Source of the DNA: an uncultured virus (IMG/VR IMGVR_UViG_3300031813_000007)
Taxonomy: Duplodnaviria; Heunggongvirae; Uroviricota; Caudoviricetes
Virus record (IMG/VR): IMGVR_UViG_3300031813_000007
Location: 62,001 to 117,345 of that record
Length of the DNA stretch: 55,345 nucleotides
Strand: one strand, 5' to 3'
Shown piece after piece: positions 9,400-18,871 of the stretch. Numbering within the stretch: the first letter of the stretch is position 1; the number at the start of each line of letters is the position of its first letter. The position numbers and the translations under genes were made by a program. The notes beneath the pieces were generated by a model. That model did not search any database and was not told the DNA's origin. It was given only the letters and a program-made list of their open reading frames with translations.

Positions 9400-9987
9400 C
9401 GTAAAATATACGAACAGAATTTTGGACCTATTCCAAAAGAGCCAAACGGAAGAACTTATGAAATTCACCATATTGATGGCAATCATGATAACAATGACCC
9501 TATAAATCTCAAGGCTGTAACAATCCAAGAACACTATGATATTCATTATTCACAGCAAGATTGGGGAGCTTGTCTATTAATAGGTAAGCGTCTCAATCTT
9601 TCTCCTGAAGAAATTTCTAGCATATCAAGTAGAAATGCAAAAAAACAAATTGAGAACGGAACGCATCCTTTTCTTAATCCTGAAGTTGGTCGTAAAAGCA
9701 TTATTAATGGAACGCACAATTTTTTCGGTGGTAGTATACAAAGTAAAAGCAATCAACGTAGACTAGCAAATGGTTCGCATCATTTATTAAGAGAAAATAG
9801 CCCACAAATACAAAATAAAACGCATCATTTTTTCGGAGGTGATGTTCAGCGAAATAACAATTTTACGAGATTGGCAAATGGGACTCATCCATCGCAGACT
9901 GTTTGGAAATGTGAACATTGCGGCAAAACTGGACGAGGCAAAACTAATTATAATAGATATCACGGCGATTCGTGTAAAAATATTTAA
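9388..9987 (+). mobile_element. free-standing HNH homing endonuclease
   Basis: YEIHHIDGNHDNNDPINLKAVTIQEHYDIH; five NGTH-like repeats; C-terminal CEHC...HGDSC; inserted against the local gene direction. Confidence 0.9.
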
Positions 9988-10352
9988 TTATTTTTTCTGT
10001 AATCGCCAACTTTTCTTGTTGGACTTACCTTGTTGGTATCTTCGCGTTCGGTGCTTTTAGATTTTGCCCATTTGCGACCACTTTTGTCCCCTACTTGTTT
10101 TGCAGCAAAGTCAAGCATCTTTTGTTCCGCATCAGTATAGGCATGGAACATCGGATTGCCTCCGATAAAGTTTTCAGATGGAGTCGGAAACTCAGGAGCA
10201 CCCGCCAAAGCAATACCCATTCTCCAATGCATATATGAGTTACCATTACTGATATTCTGGTCATCATATGTGTTCACAGCACCCATTTCATTACCGAAGG
10301 ATTCTGCATCCAACTTATGACTAGATTCAGTAATGAACTCGTGTGCTCGCAT
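9984..10352 (-). CDS. putative head internal protein (paralog A)
   Basis: MRAHEFITE N-terminus; WRMGIALAGAP shared with neighbour. Confidence 0.65.
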   Translation of the reverse strand: MRAHEFITESSHKLDAESFGNEMGAVNTYDDQNISNGNSYMHWRMGIALAGAPEFPTPSENFIGGNPMFHAYTDAEQKMLDFAAKQVGDKSGRKWAKSKSTEREDTNKVSPTRKVGDYRKNN

Positions 10353-10732
10353 TATTTTTTGTAGCCTTTGACTTTTCTAACTGGACTTACTGTATTAGTA
10401 TTTGACATTTCTGTGCTGCGATTATCGCTTACCTTTTTCACTTTTCCGGCACCAACAGTCTTTGCAGCAATATTGATAATTTCAAGTTCTTCATCTGTAT
10501 AAGTGGAAAGAAGCGGATCACCTGCCATTGGTCCTACTGGTGGCGTGGGATAATCTGGAGCACCAGCCATCGCAATACCAAATCTCCATGCGAGATAAGG
10601 AGAACCATTTGATTTGTTGATACTCAAATCGGGCATACTGATTGCGCCCTTTATAGCATCAAGTTGCCCTGCTGCAAAATCTTTAGGTTGAACCGGGGAA
10701 TCAGCCTCTGTAATGAATTCTCTTGCTCTCAT
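10352..10732 (-). CDS. putative head internal protein (paralog B)
   Basis: MRAREFITE N-terminus; WRFGIAMAGAP; tandem duplicate of 9984-10352. Confidence 0.65.
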   Translation of the reverse strand: MRAREFITEADSPVQPKDFAAGQLDAIKGAISMPDLSINKSNGSPYLAWRFGIAMAGAPDYPTPPVGPMAGDPLLSTYTDEELEIINIAAKTVGAGKVKKVSDNRSTEMSNTNTVSPVRKVKGYKK

Positions 10733-10757
10733 ATTAATATTCTTTCAGTTGCAATAC

Positions 10758-11636
10758 TTATTTATCAGAAGTGTGCTTCATTCCGTTGGAACTGAATGGT
10801 GGTTCACCATTGGTATCCTGCCACAATGCTCTGTTACTAAGGATTTCCACCCAACAGTTTGTTTTTGGATGGTTAAGTGCCCAGAAATCAAACGATATAT
10901 GACTTGAGATTGGGCGACAATAAAACGTCTTTTCACTTGGAATGATCATTTCCTGTGCAGTGGTTCGCATCTTTTTACGTTCTGTGCTTGTTCTCATTAC
11001 ATTAAGCTGCGGACTATCAACATAGATTCGGCACATTCCATTTACCATATCATCTTCATTTTCTGAAGTCATTACTATGCCCTGTGCCTGTAACATTCTG
11101 GATTCGCTGCTTATTCGGCTGAGAGTTTGTGATTCGTCATCTGGTGTTCTCTGATAACCGGCCCACGGCAACCATACACCGTGGTTAGTTCTTGCCACAA
11201 CCTCATCATGCGGAATCTTTTTGCAAACGTAATGGTATTCATCATCTCTTTTGCAAGCTTCAAGTAAAAACAGAGTATCTTGATCATAGATAATCGTGTT
11301 CCCGGTCAACTCGTTTTCTATAGCACGTTTTGCTGCACTGGTTGCATCTTTTTGAAGCAATGCGTCTGAAATCTTTTTACCATCTGGACTATGTTTAGTG
11401 GAAGTTTTGGTAACTTCCTTTTCATCATCCTGAACCATCAAGCTTGCACTGAGGATTGCAACCCCACTGCTATTAAATCCTTCTTTATATCCAGTAACTT
11501 TGTCACAGAACATAAGTCTTTCAAGACCATCTTTTTGAGAAACTTCAAATCCAATTTCTGGCACATAGTTTCTATCTCGGTTTTTTACTCCGACCCAGCC
11601 TTTATCTTCAAAGTATTTGGCAATGATAACACACAT
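10758..11636 (-). CDS. N-terminal-nucleophile (Ntn) hydrolase-like protein
   Basis: MC start, KNRDR, EGFNSSGVAI, RTNH motifs typical of Cys-Ntn hydrolases. Confidence 0.65.
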   Translation of the reverse strand: MCVIIAKYFEDKGWVGVKNRDRNYVPEIGFEVSQKDGLERLMFCDKVTGYKEGFNSSGVAILSASLMVQDDEKEVTKTSTKHSPDGKKISDALLQKDATSAAKRAIENELTGNTIIYDQDTLFLLEACKRDDEYHYVCKKIPHDEVVARTNHGVWLPWAGYQRTPDDESQTLSRISSESRMLQAQGIVMTSENEDDMVNGMCRIYVDSPQLNVMRTSTERKKMRTTAQEMIIPSEKTFYCRPISSHISFDFWALNHPKTNCWVEILSNRALWQDTNGEPPFSSNGMKHTSDK

Positions 11637-11642
11637 TAAGTA

Positions 11643-12194
11643 TTAACTTCCTGACTGGTTAGTAGTAATGTCTCTTGAATCTTCGGTTTCCATTGCCGAG
11701 TTTGCATAACCATCAAGTGCTATATCAAGACCGGGAGGATTTTCACCGATCCACATAATTTGTGATGAAATAAAATGTTCTAAAATGGTAGTACCATTAA
11801 CCAATGGGTTGGCTAATATTTGCACATTTCCACCGTTTAAGTTCATATCATATCTTGATACCGCATTACCAAAGAATGTAGTTCCATAACCGGTAAATGA
11901 TACTTGAGTTCCATCATTGCTTAGTTGTGCGGACAGTTGTATGTTCTGAGAATCTGATGTGGCGGGGTTGCTTGAACGAATGATAAACTGACCCTGAGTA
12001 AACGTATTGGCGGCAGTTTGAAATATTACTTGGTTGGCAGTGTTACCTGTTGTAGTGGTGTTGCTAGTGTTTACGAAAGTAGCAAAAAGATTGGAAAAGT
12101 TATTGTTTACTTTTCCGAATGCTGTACGTAATGGATCACCTTGTTGATCATTTGGTGCAGTTCCAATATTGATGATTTGTTGGGTAGCAGTCAT
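11643..12194 (-). CDS. baseplate/tail protein with T4 gp9/gp10-like N-terminus
   Basis: QIINIGTAPNDQQGDPLRTAFGKVNNNFSNLF. Confidence 0.7.
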   Translation of the reverse strand: MTATQQIINIGTAPNDQQGDPLRTAFGKVNNNFSNLFATFVNTSNTTTTGNTANQVIFQTAANTFTQGQFIIRSSNPATSDSQNIQLSAQLSNDGTQVSFTGYGTTFFGNAVSRYDMNLNGGNVQILANPLVNGTTILEHFISSQIMWIGENPPGLDIALDGYANSAMETEDSRDITTNQSGS

Positions 12195-12233
12195 TTAAAT
12201 CTTCCACGTTATAGACTATTTATCTATGGGAGA

Positions 12234-12506
12234 TTATTTAGAAGCGTTATCAAAAAGTTCTTTTTGGGTCTTGTACCATTCGTTCCAAGCATCCACTTTG
12301 GTAGAGCAATCGTGATACTTTACATAGTTGTTAGTAACAGTGGTCATCATATCACTAAGTTTAGGATCATCCTTTTTTAGTGTATCCAACTGAGGACATG
12401 GCTGCTTTAAGACATCGGGTGCTACAGGAAACTTTACTGTGATTGGAACTGCGGTTGTACAGGCAGAAGCTAATAACAGTAATGGAAGTACTAGCAACTT
12501 TTTCAC
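12234..12506 (-). CDS. o-spanin (Rz1-like lipoprotein)
   Basis: Signal peptide with lipobox LASAC, Pro-rich, two further Cys; overlaps i-spanin. Confidence 0.8.
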   Translation of the reverse strand: MKKLLVLPLLLLASACTTAVPITVKFPVAPDVLKQPCPQLDTLKKDDPKLSDMMTTVTNNYVKYHDCSTKVDAWNEWYKTQKELFDNASK

Positions 12507-12946
12507 TTTTTGTCTCCTGTAATAAGTGCTGCTTGATTGTGTAAGTCAACTGCCTCGGGTGGAATTTTACAATCTTTATCAAGTATAGGAGCATCTTGCT
12601 GGATAGTTGTAACTATAGCTTGTCCCTTCTCATGAATGACTTGAGTTTTGGTTAAAACCTTGGTTACAATCTGGGTGTTTACTTGAGCCGATTGCGCTTC
12701 TGCATTTGCCAACTTTGCTTTAAGATTGGCAGCTTCGGCATCAATCTTCTTTTGCTGCGCTTGCTCTCCAGAAAAATAAATGGCAAATCCCAGAGCCACT
12801 GATCCTAAAATACTAACCGGTAACTTAAAAAACTTTGCAGTTCGCAGAAAACCCATTATGAGTGCCATGATATGAAGTCCAACACCCACTACAATGAGCA
12901 TGTGGATTAACCATTTCATCATGAGTCCGAATAAAAATGAAAACAT
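12503..12946 (-). CDS. i-spanin (Rz-like)
   Basis: N-terminal TM helices, coiled coil, C-terminal DCKIPPEAVDLHNQAA. Confidence 0.75.
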   Translation of the reverse strand: MFSFLFGLMMKWLIHMLIVVGVGLHIMALIMGFLRTAKFFKLPVSILGSVALGFAIYFSGEQAQQKKIDAEAANLKAKLANAEAQSAQVNTQIVTKVLTKTQVIHEKGQAIVTTIQQDAPILDKDCKIPPEAVDLHNQAALITGDKK

Positions 12947-12957
12947 AGCACAAGTAT

Positions 12958-14043
12958 TTATACTTTGCTTTTATAATATCCCTTTATGGCATCAATCACA
13001 TATTCTACATCACCATCAACCATTTCTGGATAAATGGGCAAACTGATCAATCCTCTAACAAGATGTATACTTGTACTCATCATATCAGGCTTTGACAATA
13101 TTTTGTGGCTTCTGGATATTGGAAGCTCGCTCAATGTACGTGGATAGTGAATCTTTACTTCAATACCATGATTAATCAGATAGGCAAATAGACGGTCACG
13201 ATCCTCTACATAGATAACGAACTTTTGGTCTGCATGTAGCATGAAATCCTTTGATAGACATCTGATCGGCAAGTTCTCAAACTCCTTGATATACTGTCGT
13301 TTGATTTGCTTTCGGCGGGCTTGCCACTCACCAAGATACTTTGTTCTGACTAAAAGATGAGCACAATCTAGTTCACTCATCTTGGAGTTAGTCCCGTGCC
13401 ACTCGTGTATCGGTTTACCGTTGTTTTTTACTGCATCAACATATCGGTATAGGTCTTCATCATTAGTTACAACTGCTCCACCATTACCAGAAGCAGGCAA
13501 GTTTTTGGTTGGGTCAAAACTGATCGCCATCCCTGCACCAATATTATCTACAGCCGCCAACCAATGTTGGGCACCATCTACGATGGTTTTGCTATCATGA
13601 TAGTTAAAGTTTTTGCCTGCGGCACCGTAAAGACCGACGAAACATTGATAGTCATTATCAGATACTTCTTCTTGTTGTTCCATAATTCCCCATTTGTCAG
13701 TGTCAACGAGATGAACACGCCACCCATTATTCAGAAAAGCATTGAGCGTAGCAGGATAGGTGATATTGGGGATTCTGATTACAGGATTCTGATCGTTGCC
13801 ATTTATAAAATCTTGGTCACTGACATATTGTGCAATAAACTCAAGTGCATGAGTACCACTATGAACCACACTGGCATACTTGGCTCCAGTCCTATCGGTC
13901 AGCCATCGCTCAAACTCTAAGGTGAACTGACCACCAATCAACTGTCCACTTTTTAGGACAAGATCAGTTGCTTCTAACAGTTCTTCCTTGAGATTATCGT
14001 ATTGCTTTGCTAGACCAAAATGGGGAACTTTGTAGATACTCAT
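12958..14043 (-). CDS. DegT/DnrJ/EryC1/StrS sugar aminotransferase
   Basis: SGTHALE, VDGAQ, SFDPTKNLPASGNGGA (PLP lysine), LPIYP; start reassigned to ATG 14043. Confidence 0.9.
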   Translation of the reverse strand: MSIYKVPHFGLAKQYDNLKEELLEATDLVLKSGQLIGGQFTLEFERWLTDRTGAKYASVVHSGTHALEFIAQYVSDQDFINGNDQNPVIRIPNITYPATLNAFLNNGWRVHLVDTDKWGIMEQQEEVSDNDYQCFVGLYGAAGKNFNYHDSKTIVDGAQHWLAAVDNIGAGMAISFDPTKNLPASGNGGAVVTNDEDLYRYVDAVKNNGKPIHEWHGTNSKMSELDCAHLLVRTKYLGEWQARRKQIKRQYIKEFENLPIRCLSKDFMLHADQKFVIYVEDRDRLFAYLINHGIEVKIHYPRTLSELPISRSHKILSKPDMMSTSIHLVRGLISLPIYPEMVDGDVEYVIDAIKGYYKSKV

Positions 14044-14959
14044 AGTATCGCTGAAATCCTTCTTCAATATCAATCTTGGGGTCAAAACCCAAGTCACGAC
14101 TAATCTCATGAATGGAAAGCGTTCCCCGACTGGGATAGTCTACGCTTTTATGACCAATGTGAATATCCCCTTTACCGACAATATTAACAACAAGCTGCGC
14201 TGCTTCCAAAAGTGTTCTTGACTTTCCTCTAGCTACGTTGTACGTTTTGAAGTTTGTCCTCGGAGACAATGCAGCCAGAATAATGCCATCTACCGTGTCA
14301 TCCACATAGGTGAAATCCAAGCGTTCATTTGCTCCATTCACTTTCAATGTTTCTCCTCGCATAGCAGCAAGAAAGAACTTTGAAACAACACGATCTTCAA
14401 CATCACGAGGTCCGTATACTGCACTTGGACGAACGATTGTATAATCAAAGCAGCTACGGTAAGCATAATCTTTTACCAGCCATTCGCCAGCAAGCTTCAT
14501 GATGCCATACTGGCCCTGAGCAGCACAAGCAGAATACTCATTGTTAATGCCATCAAAATCGCCGTATACCATACTGCTGCTTACATAGACGAACTTCTTA
14601 ACCTTGTATTTGCAACTCAGTTCACATAGGTTGAGAAGTCCCTCAATCATAGTCCTTGATCCAAGCATTGGATCAGCGTTCACTACTTTTTGACGAGGGA
14701 AACTTGCCAGATGGATTACCATTTCTGGCTCAAACGTTTTAAAGACAGTCTCCACTTCCGGCCACCCAATATCATACATGTGACATATGGATGAAATATG
14801 TGAACTACGTTCTTCAATCAATGCGTTCAACTCGTCTTCTGGAATGATCCCATAATGCGTGATTTTGTCAAGGATTTCAACATCATGTCCCATATCTTCA
14901 AGACGAGAAACTACGTTGTGGCCAATGAAGCCCATACCTCCAGTAACAAGTATCCTCAC
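13994..14959 (-). CDS. NAD-dependent nucleotide-sugar epimerase/dehydratase
   Basis: ILVTGGMGFIG, SSSMVYG, YGIMK, VYGP, DFTYVDD. Confidence 0.92.
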   Translation of the reverse strand: MRILVTGGMGFIGHNVVSRLEDMGHDVEILDKITHYGIIPEDELNALIEERSSHISSICHMYDIGWPEVETVFKTFEPEMVIHLASFPRQKVVNADPMLGSRTMIEGLLNLCELSCKYKVKKFVYVSSSMVYGDFDGINNEYSACAAQGQYGIMKLAGEWLVKDYAYRSCFDYTIVRPSAVYGPRDVEDRVVSKFFLAAMRGETLKVNGANERLDFTYVDDTVDGIILAALSPRTNFKTYNVARGKSRTLLEAAQLVVNIVGKGDIHIGHKSVDYPSRGTLSIHEISRDLGFDPKIDIEEGFQRYYEYLQSSPFWSSKAIR

Positions 14960-15246
14960 TTGTTGTTATCCAGATAATGCTGACCGACCAAAACCATAGC
15001 CCTAGCTTGTTCGTCGTTGTTGGGAAGCTGAATGTGCGTTCCTGATTCATAACGATTAGCATTTTCCAGCAAAGGTGCAATATCGTTGTCAAAGATTTGA
15101 GCCATGTTATTAAACAGCATTTTTCTCTCAGATTCGGTCATTCCTGACATTAGGGAATACATGCGATCATCTTCACTGATTTCAAGTCCATAATCATGTC
15201 TCCACGTAAAGCACATAGCAGTGATAATTTCTTCTCTAGTTTTCAT
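14956..15246 (-). CDS. hypothetical protein
   Basis: ORF with overlapping stop/start coupling on both sides. Confidence 0.6.
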   Translation of the reverse strand: MKTREEIITAMCFTWRHDYGLEISEDDRMYSLMSGMTESERKMLFNNMAQIFDNDIAPLLENANRYESGTHIQLPNNDEQARAMVLVGQHYLDNNK

Positions 15247-15410
15247 TTCAATGAGTCCAATTGATTTTTTAATGAGTCAAGTCTAGTAGAATGATAGTTA
15301 AGAACGACATGATCCAGATAGGTCCCGTTTTCGGATAGATTCATCATTTGCTTTTGCAATTCAAGAAACTCGGAAATTATCTGACTTCGTTTCTCTGCTC
15401 TAGATTTCAT
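15243..15410 (-). CDS. 55-aa hypothetical protein (not in ORF track)
   Basis: MKSRAEKRSQIISEFLELQKQ...; ATGA overlaps at both ends. Confidence 0.55.
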   Translation of the reverse strand: MKSRAEKRSQIISEFLELQKQMMNLSENGTYLDHVVLNYHSTRLDSLKNQLDSLK

Positions 15411-16228
15411 ACTTCAATCTTTCTAACAATATGGTTTTTAAATACGCTTTTAGTGGGCATCTTTCCTTCAGCCATTCTTTTAACAGTAGCATGGACATTA
15501 GCTATACTCACTCCAAACTCATTTGCAATGGTTTTTAATCCTGCTACTGTTTTCGTTTCTCCAGAAGGGTAAGTTATTTCATACCATGTTACATAAGATA
15601 GTTCAGCAGGGTCAACTCCCTTTATCCAACTATTCTCTAATTGATACTCCTTCAATCGTTGTTTAGTATCATCAGTATGGGAACGTCTATAGAACGGATT
15701 GTTTTCACCGGTCCTATCACGACATTCACCGCAGGTGTTAGCAGTCGGTTCGATCTTATTTTTTGAGCAACAAGGGCATAATTTCATTCTTCCACCGTTC
15801 TTCCAATTCGGGTTTTGTGATCCCGGTTTGCTAAACCGAGCAACCTTTTCCTCTGAGGACAACGAATTCATCCAATCTCTAAACTTGGTTGTGCGATTCT
15901 CTATAATTTGTTCGCGGTTCGGATGATTTAATAATGTATCGCCACCGTTAGCCGGGGCGATGTTATATCCTCCTGCATTGTTATCAATATACCACTGCTC
16001 TCTGTAGTGAAGTTCTTCTTCAGAAGGGTCACCCATATCTTCTACTAGAGTAAAATGGAAGTTTTCCATACCATGCTTATTATAAGCCCGCTGTAGGAAC
16101 ACATTAATGTGATGGCCTTTGCGTAGGCCGCGACGGTGTTGCTCTAATCTCCATTCTACCTTCATAGAGCTTCCATAGTATTTCTTTCCATCTATCACAT
16201 TTTCAATACAGTATATACCCTTCATCAT
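15407..16228 (-). mobile_element. free-standing GIY-YIG homing endonuclease
   Basis: GIYCIENVIDGKKYYGSS...RLEQH, REQWYID, GYNI; NUMOD3-like GENNPFYRRSHT; zinc motif CPCC...CGEC. Confidence 0.9.
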
Positions 16229-16270
16229 AATCTCCTATGATGTATTTAGTCCTAGCTCTACCTTTTCACA

Positions 16271-17101
16271 TTACACCGCCATCGGGGCAGGTAATGCGGA
16301 ATGACTTTCATACCCGATTAATTTCACATCTGCCATAGTAAACTTATCTATGTCAGTAATTTCTGGGTTAATCCACAGTCCGGGCAGTGGGTAAGGCTCT
16401 CGTGATAGTTGTTCTTTAACCTGATCAATGTGATTAGTATAAATATGAGTGTCCCCCGTTGATATGATCAGTTCACCTACATCAAGATTACAAACTTGTG
16501 CAATCATATGCGTAAGCAATGCATAACTGGCGATATTAAAGGGACTTCCTAAGTATACATCGCAACTGCGCTGGTACATGTGACAGCTTAGCTTACCGTT
16601 GCTAACATAGAACTGACTCATTACATGGCATGGAGGAAGCGCCATTTGATCGAGTTCGTCTACGTTCCATGCAGTAATGATGTGCCTGCGACCGTTAGGA
16701 TCGTTCTTTAATCCGTCGATAAGTCTTTCAACTTGATCGACTCCACCCCAGTCTCTCCATTGAACACCGTATACTCGGCCCAAATCCCCGGAGAATTTTG
16801 CTCTAGGTTGCCAATAAGCTGCCTCAGCATTTCCTGTCCAGATCGTATTACGGCCTGAGTCTGACCGTCCGTATAAAATTTCAGCAAGTCTTCTCTCATC
16901 GTTGCTCCCTTCTAAAAACCAAAGCAGTTCACTGACTACTGCTTTCCATGCGAGTTTCTTTGTAGTAACAGCGGGGAACCCTTTTGTCAAGTCAAACCTT
17001 AGTTGGCGACCAAAGACACTGATTGTTCCTACTCCGGTTCTGTCACTTTTTTGTTCGCCGTTATTTAGTATGTCTTGTAATAAATCTAGATATTGATTCA
17101 T
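16271..17101 (-). CDS. thyA: thymidylate synthase
   Basis: DRTGVGT, ELLWFL, VYGVQWR, MALPPCH, YQRSCDVYLGSPFNIASY, GDTHIY. Confidence 0.97.
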   Translation of the reverse strand: MNQYLDLLQDILNNGEQKSDRTGVGTISVFGRQLRFDLTKGFPAVTTKKLAWKAVVSELLWFLEGSNDERRLAEILYGRSDSGRNTIWTGNAEAAYWQPRAKFSGDLGRVYGVQWRDWGGVDQVERLIDGLKNDPNGRRHIITAWNVDELDQMALPPCHVMSQFYVSNGKLSCHMYQRSCDVYLGSPFNIASYALLTHMIAQVCNLDVGELIISTGDTHIYTNHIDQVKEQLSREPYPLPGLWINPEITDIDKFTMADVKLIGYESHSALPAPMAV

Positions 17102-17115
17102 GTGTTTTACCTATT

Positions 17116-18117
17116 TTATAAACTATAAAGATATTTCCAGTTATCACATTGCCATTCGTGACGTTTTTGCGCAAAATATTTCATGAAAAATGGTATAGAG
17201 ACAAACAAGCCTAGCATAAACCATCCTTCTGTTAGTTCCCATGCCATCCAAGCGGCAATGAAGGGAAACAGAAAAATAAAAATACCGATCAGTTTGTCAG
17301 TACTTTTTGCTTGGGCTGCTTTATGTCTCTCACGTTTAATTTCGGCTACTTCGTTGAGTAGACGAGACTCCTTGAGTTCTTCCGTGTTAACTTCCCAATA
17401 TACTTCACTGGCCCCATTAGAAAATGCTTCGTTAAGCTCTTCATCTTTGAATGGCTTTTGCCATCCCATTTTTAGTTCACCTGTCTTTTCATCAATGGTG
17501 GAAGAAAAATGACTATCAAACGTATCTGTTCTAATAGTTTTTCCGTTAATGGTGATTCCTGTATATAGACTAAATCGTGAAGACAGAGTGCCTTCCGCTA
17601 TTTGTCTACCTGCTCTGTAAGCACTATCCAGCAGGGATTCTCTAGCATAAATCTGAAGTCCATTTATGCGATCCCTCAACCCTTTTCGGAATTCTTCCTG
17701 TAATGTAGGAGTAACAAATGGATGATCATATGTCCATTTTGTAATGCCACTTTCCTGTACAAGAATGTTTAGATTTTGCTGATTGCCATCAACAAACTCA
17801 TCATCAATATAGTTATACCCTTTATTATAGGCGTCTTTGGGACGTATGGCAATTTCAAATATTGCCTGAGTCTGGGATGCAATCGCTGCAATGCGCTGTT
17901 GTTCTGCATTTATTATCGCTTGTGCACGGTTTGCGGCAGCAATATCATTCTGGCGCTGCATTTCGTAATCGTGTTGGCGGTTTAAATCTACTTGACGCTG
18001 ATGCTGTTTTGTTATAGCTTCAGTTTGAATACATACTGGACATCTTGTTGCGCCAAGATCAGTGTAAAATATTGATCCACATCCCCAGCAATTTCTTTGA
18101 CTCATTTTCTCTTCCAA
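17116..18117 (-). CDS. membrane-anchored hypothetical protein with N-terminal zinc ribbon
   Basis: CWGC...CPVC, Q/A-rich coiled coil, two C-terminal TM helices. Confidence 0.6.
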   Translation of the reverse strand: MEEKMSQRNCWGCGSIFYTDLGATRCPVCIQTEAITKQHQRQVDLNRQHDYEMQRQNDIAAANRAQAIINAEQQRIAAIASQTQAIFEIAIRPKDAYNKGYNYIDDEFVDGNQQNLNILVQESGITKWTYDHPFVTPTLQEEFRKGLRDRINGLQIYARESLLDSAYRAGRQIAEGTLSSRFSLYTGITINGKTIRTDTFDSHFSSTIDEKTGELKMGWQKPFKDEELNEAFSNGASEVYWEVNTEELKESRLLNEVAEIKRERHKAAQAKSTDKLIGIFIFLFPFIAAWMAWELTEGWFMLGLFVSIPFFMKYFAQKRHEWQCDNWKYLYSL

Positions 18118-18560
18118 ATTTGATATTCGTGGTCGGAGAACACCTCGTTGTAAGTCCTCTCAAACATATGTTCCAAGTATATCAAACTTATGAAAGTATC
18201 GCAAGTATAATGGGTAAACGTCTTACTCAAATGCACTTCGTCTATATAATCCCAACATGTCTCGATGAGTTTTGCTCCACCTATCAGCCAATATTTTTCA
18301 CCAGCGGTGGAGAAATCAGTGTTCATCGTTACAACATGTGGGTTTCCAGTGATGTTAGATATACTAGTCGTAACAACTACATTTATTCGGTTAGGCAACG
18401 GCTTGTTATTCAAGCTATCCCATGTGTTTCTTCCCATGACTATGATGCCATTTGAAGTTAACCTCTTGAATCTTGGCAAATCGCCTTGGATTTTACTCCA
18501 AGGCAATCTGTTTTGATAACCAATACCGCCATTTGGATCGCAGGCTAATATCAGTTTCAT
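18102..18560 (-). CDS. folA: dihydrofolate reductase
   Basis: GIGYQNRLPW, DLPRFK, MGRNTWDS, PLPNRIN, IGGA. Confidence 0.95.
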   Translation of the reverse strand: MKLILACDPNGGIGYQNRLPWSKIQGDLPRFKRLTSNGIIVMGRNTWDSLNNKPLPNRINVVVTTSISNITGNPHVVTMNTDFSTAGEKYWLIGGAKLIETCWDYIDEVHLSKTFTHYTCDTFISLIYLEHMFERTYNEVFSDHEYQIWKRK

Positions 18561-18857
18561 TTATAATCCACTTAATAACTTATCTGTTTCTGGTTGCACT
18601 ACCTCTGCGATACTTTCCACGTCGAGAATGAACTCAATCCCAATTACCATATCATCTAGATCAATAAGTTTACGACTAATGAACTCTTCTATTTGATCTG
18701 GTTCAAGCCCTTGGTTAAGCAGCCGCCCGATGTTGATAGTATGCTGACGGCGACCTTCAAGCCTCAAGATCAACTTCTTGATAAACTCTACAGGAATCTT
18801 CTGCTTATCAACGTCTTCTAGCAGCCGCTCCCATTTCTGAATGAACTCAGGCGACAT
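18561..18857 (-). CDS. hypothetical protein
   Basis: Compact ORF in operon. Confidence 0.65.
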   Translation of the reverse strand: MSPEFIQKWERLLEDVDKQKIPVEFIKKLILRLEGRRQHTINIGRLLNQGLEPDQIEEFISRKLIDLDDMVIGIEFILDVESIAEVVQPETDKLLSGL

Positions 18858-18871
18858 ATATTATATGCGCC

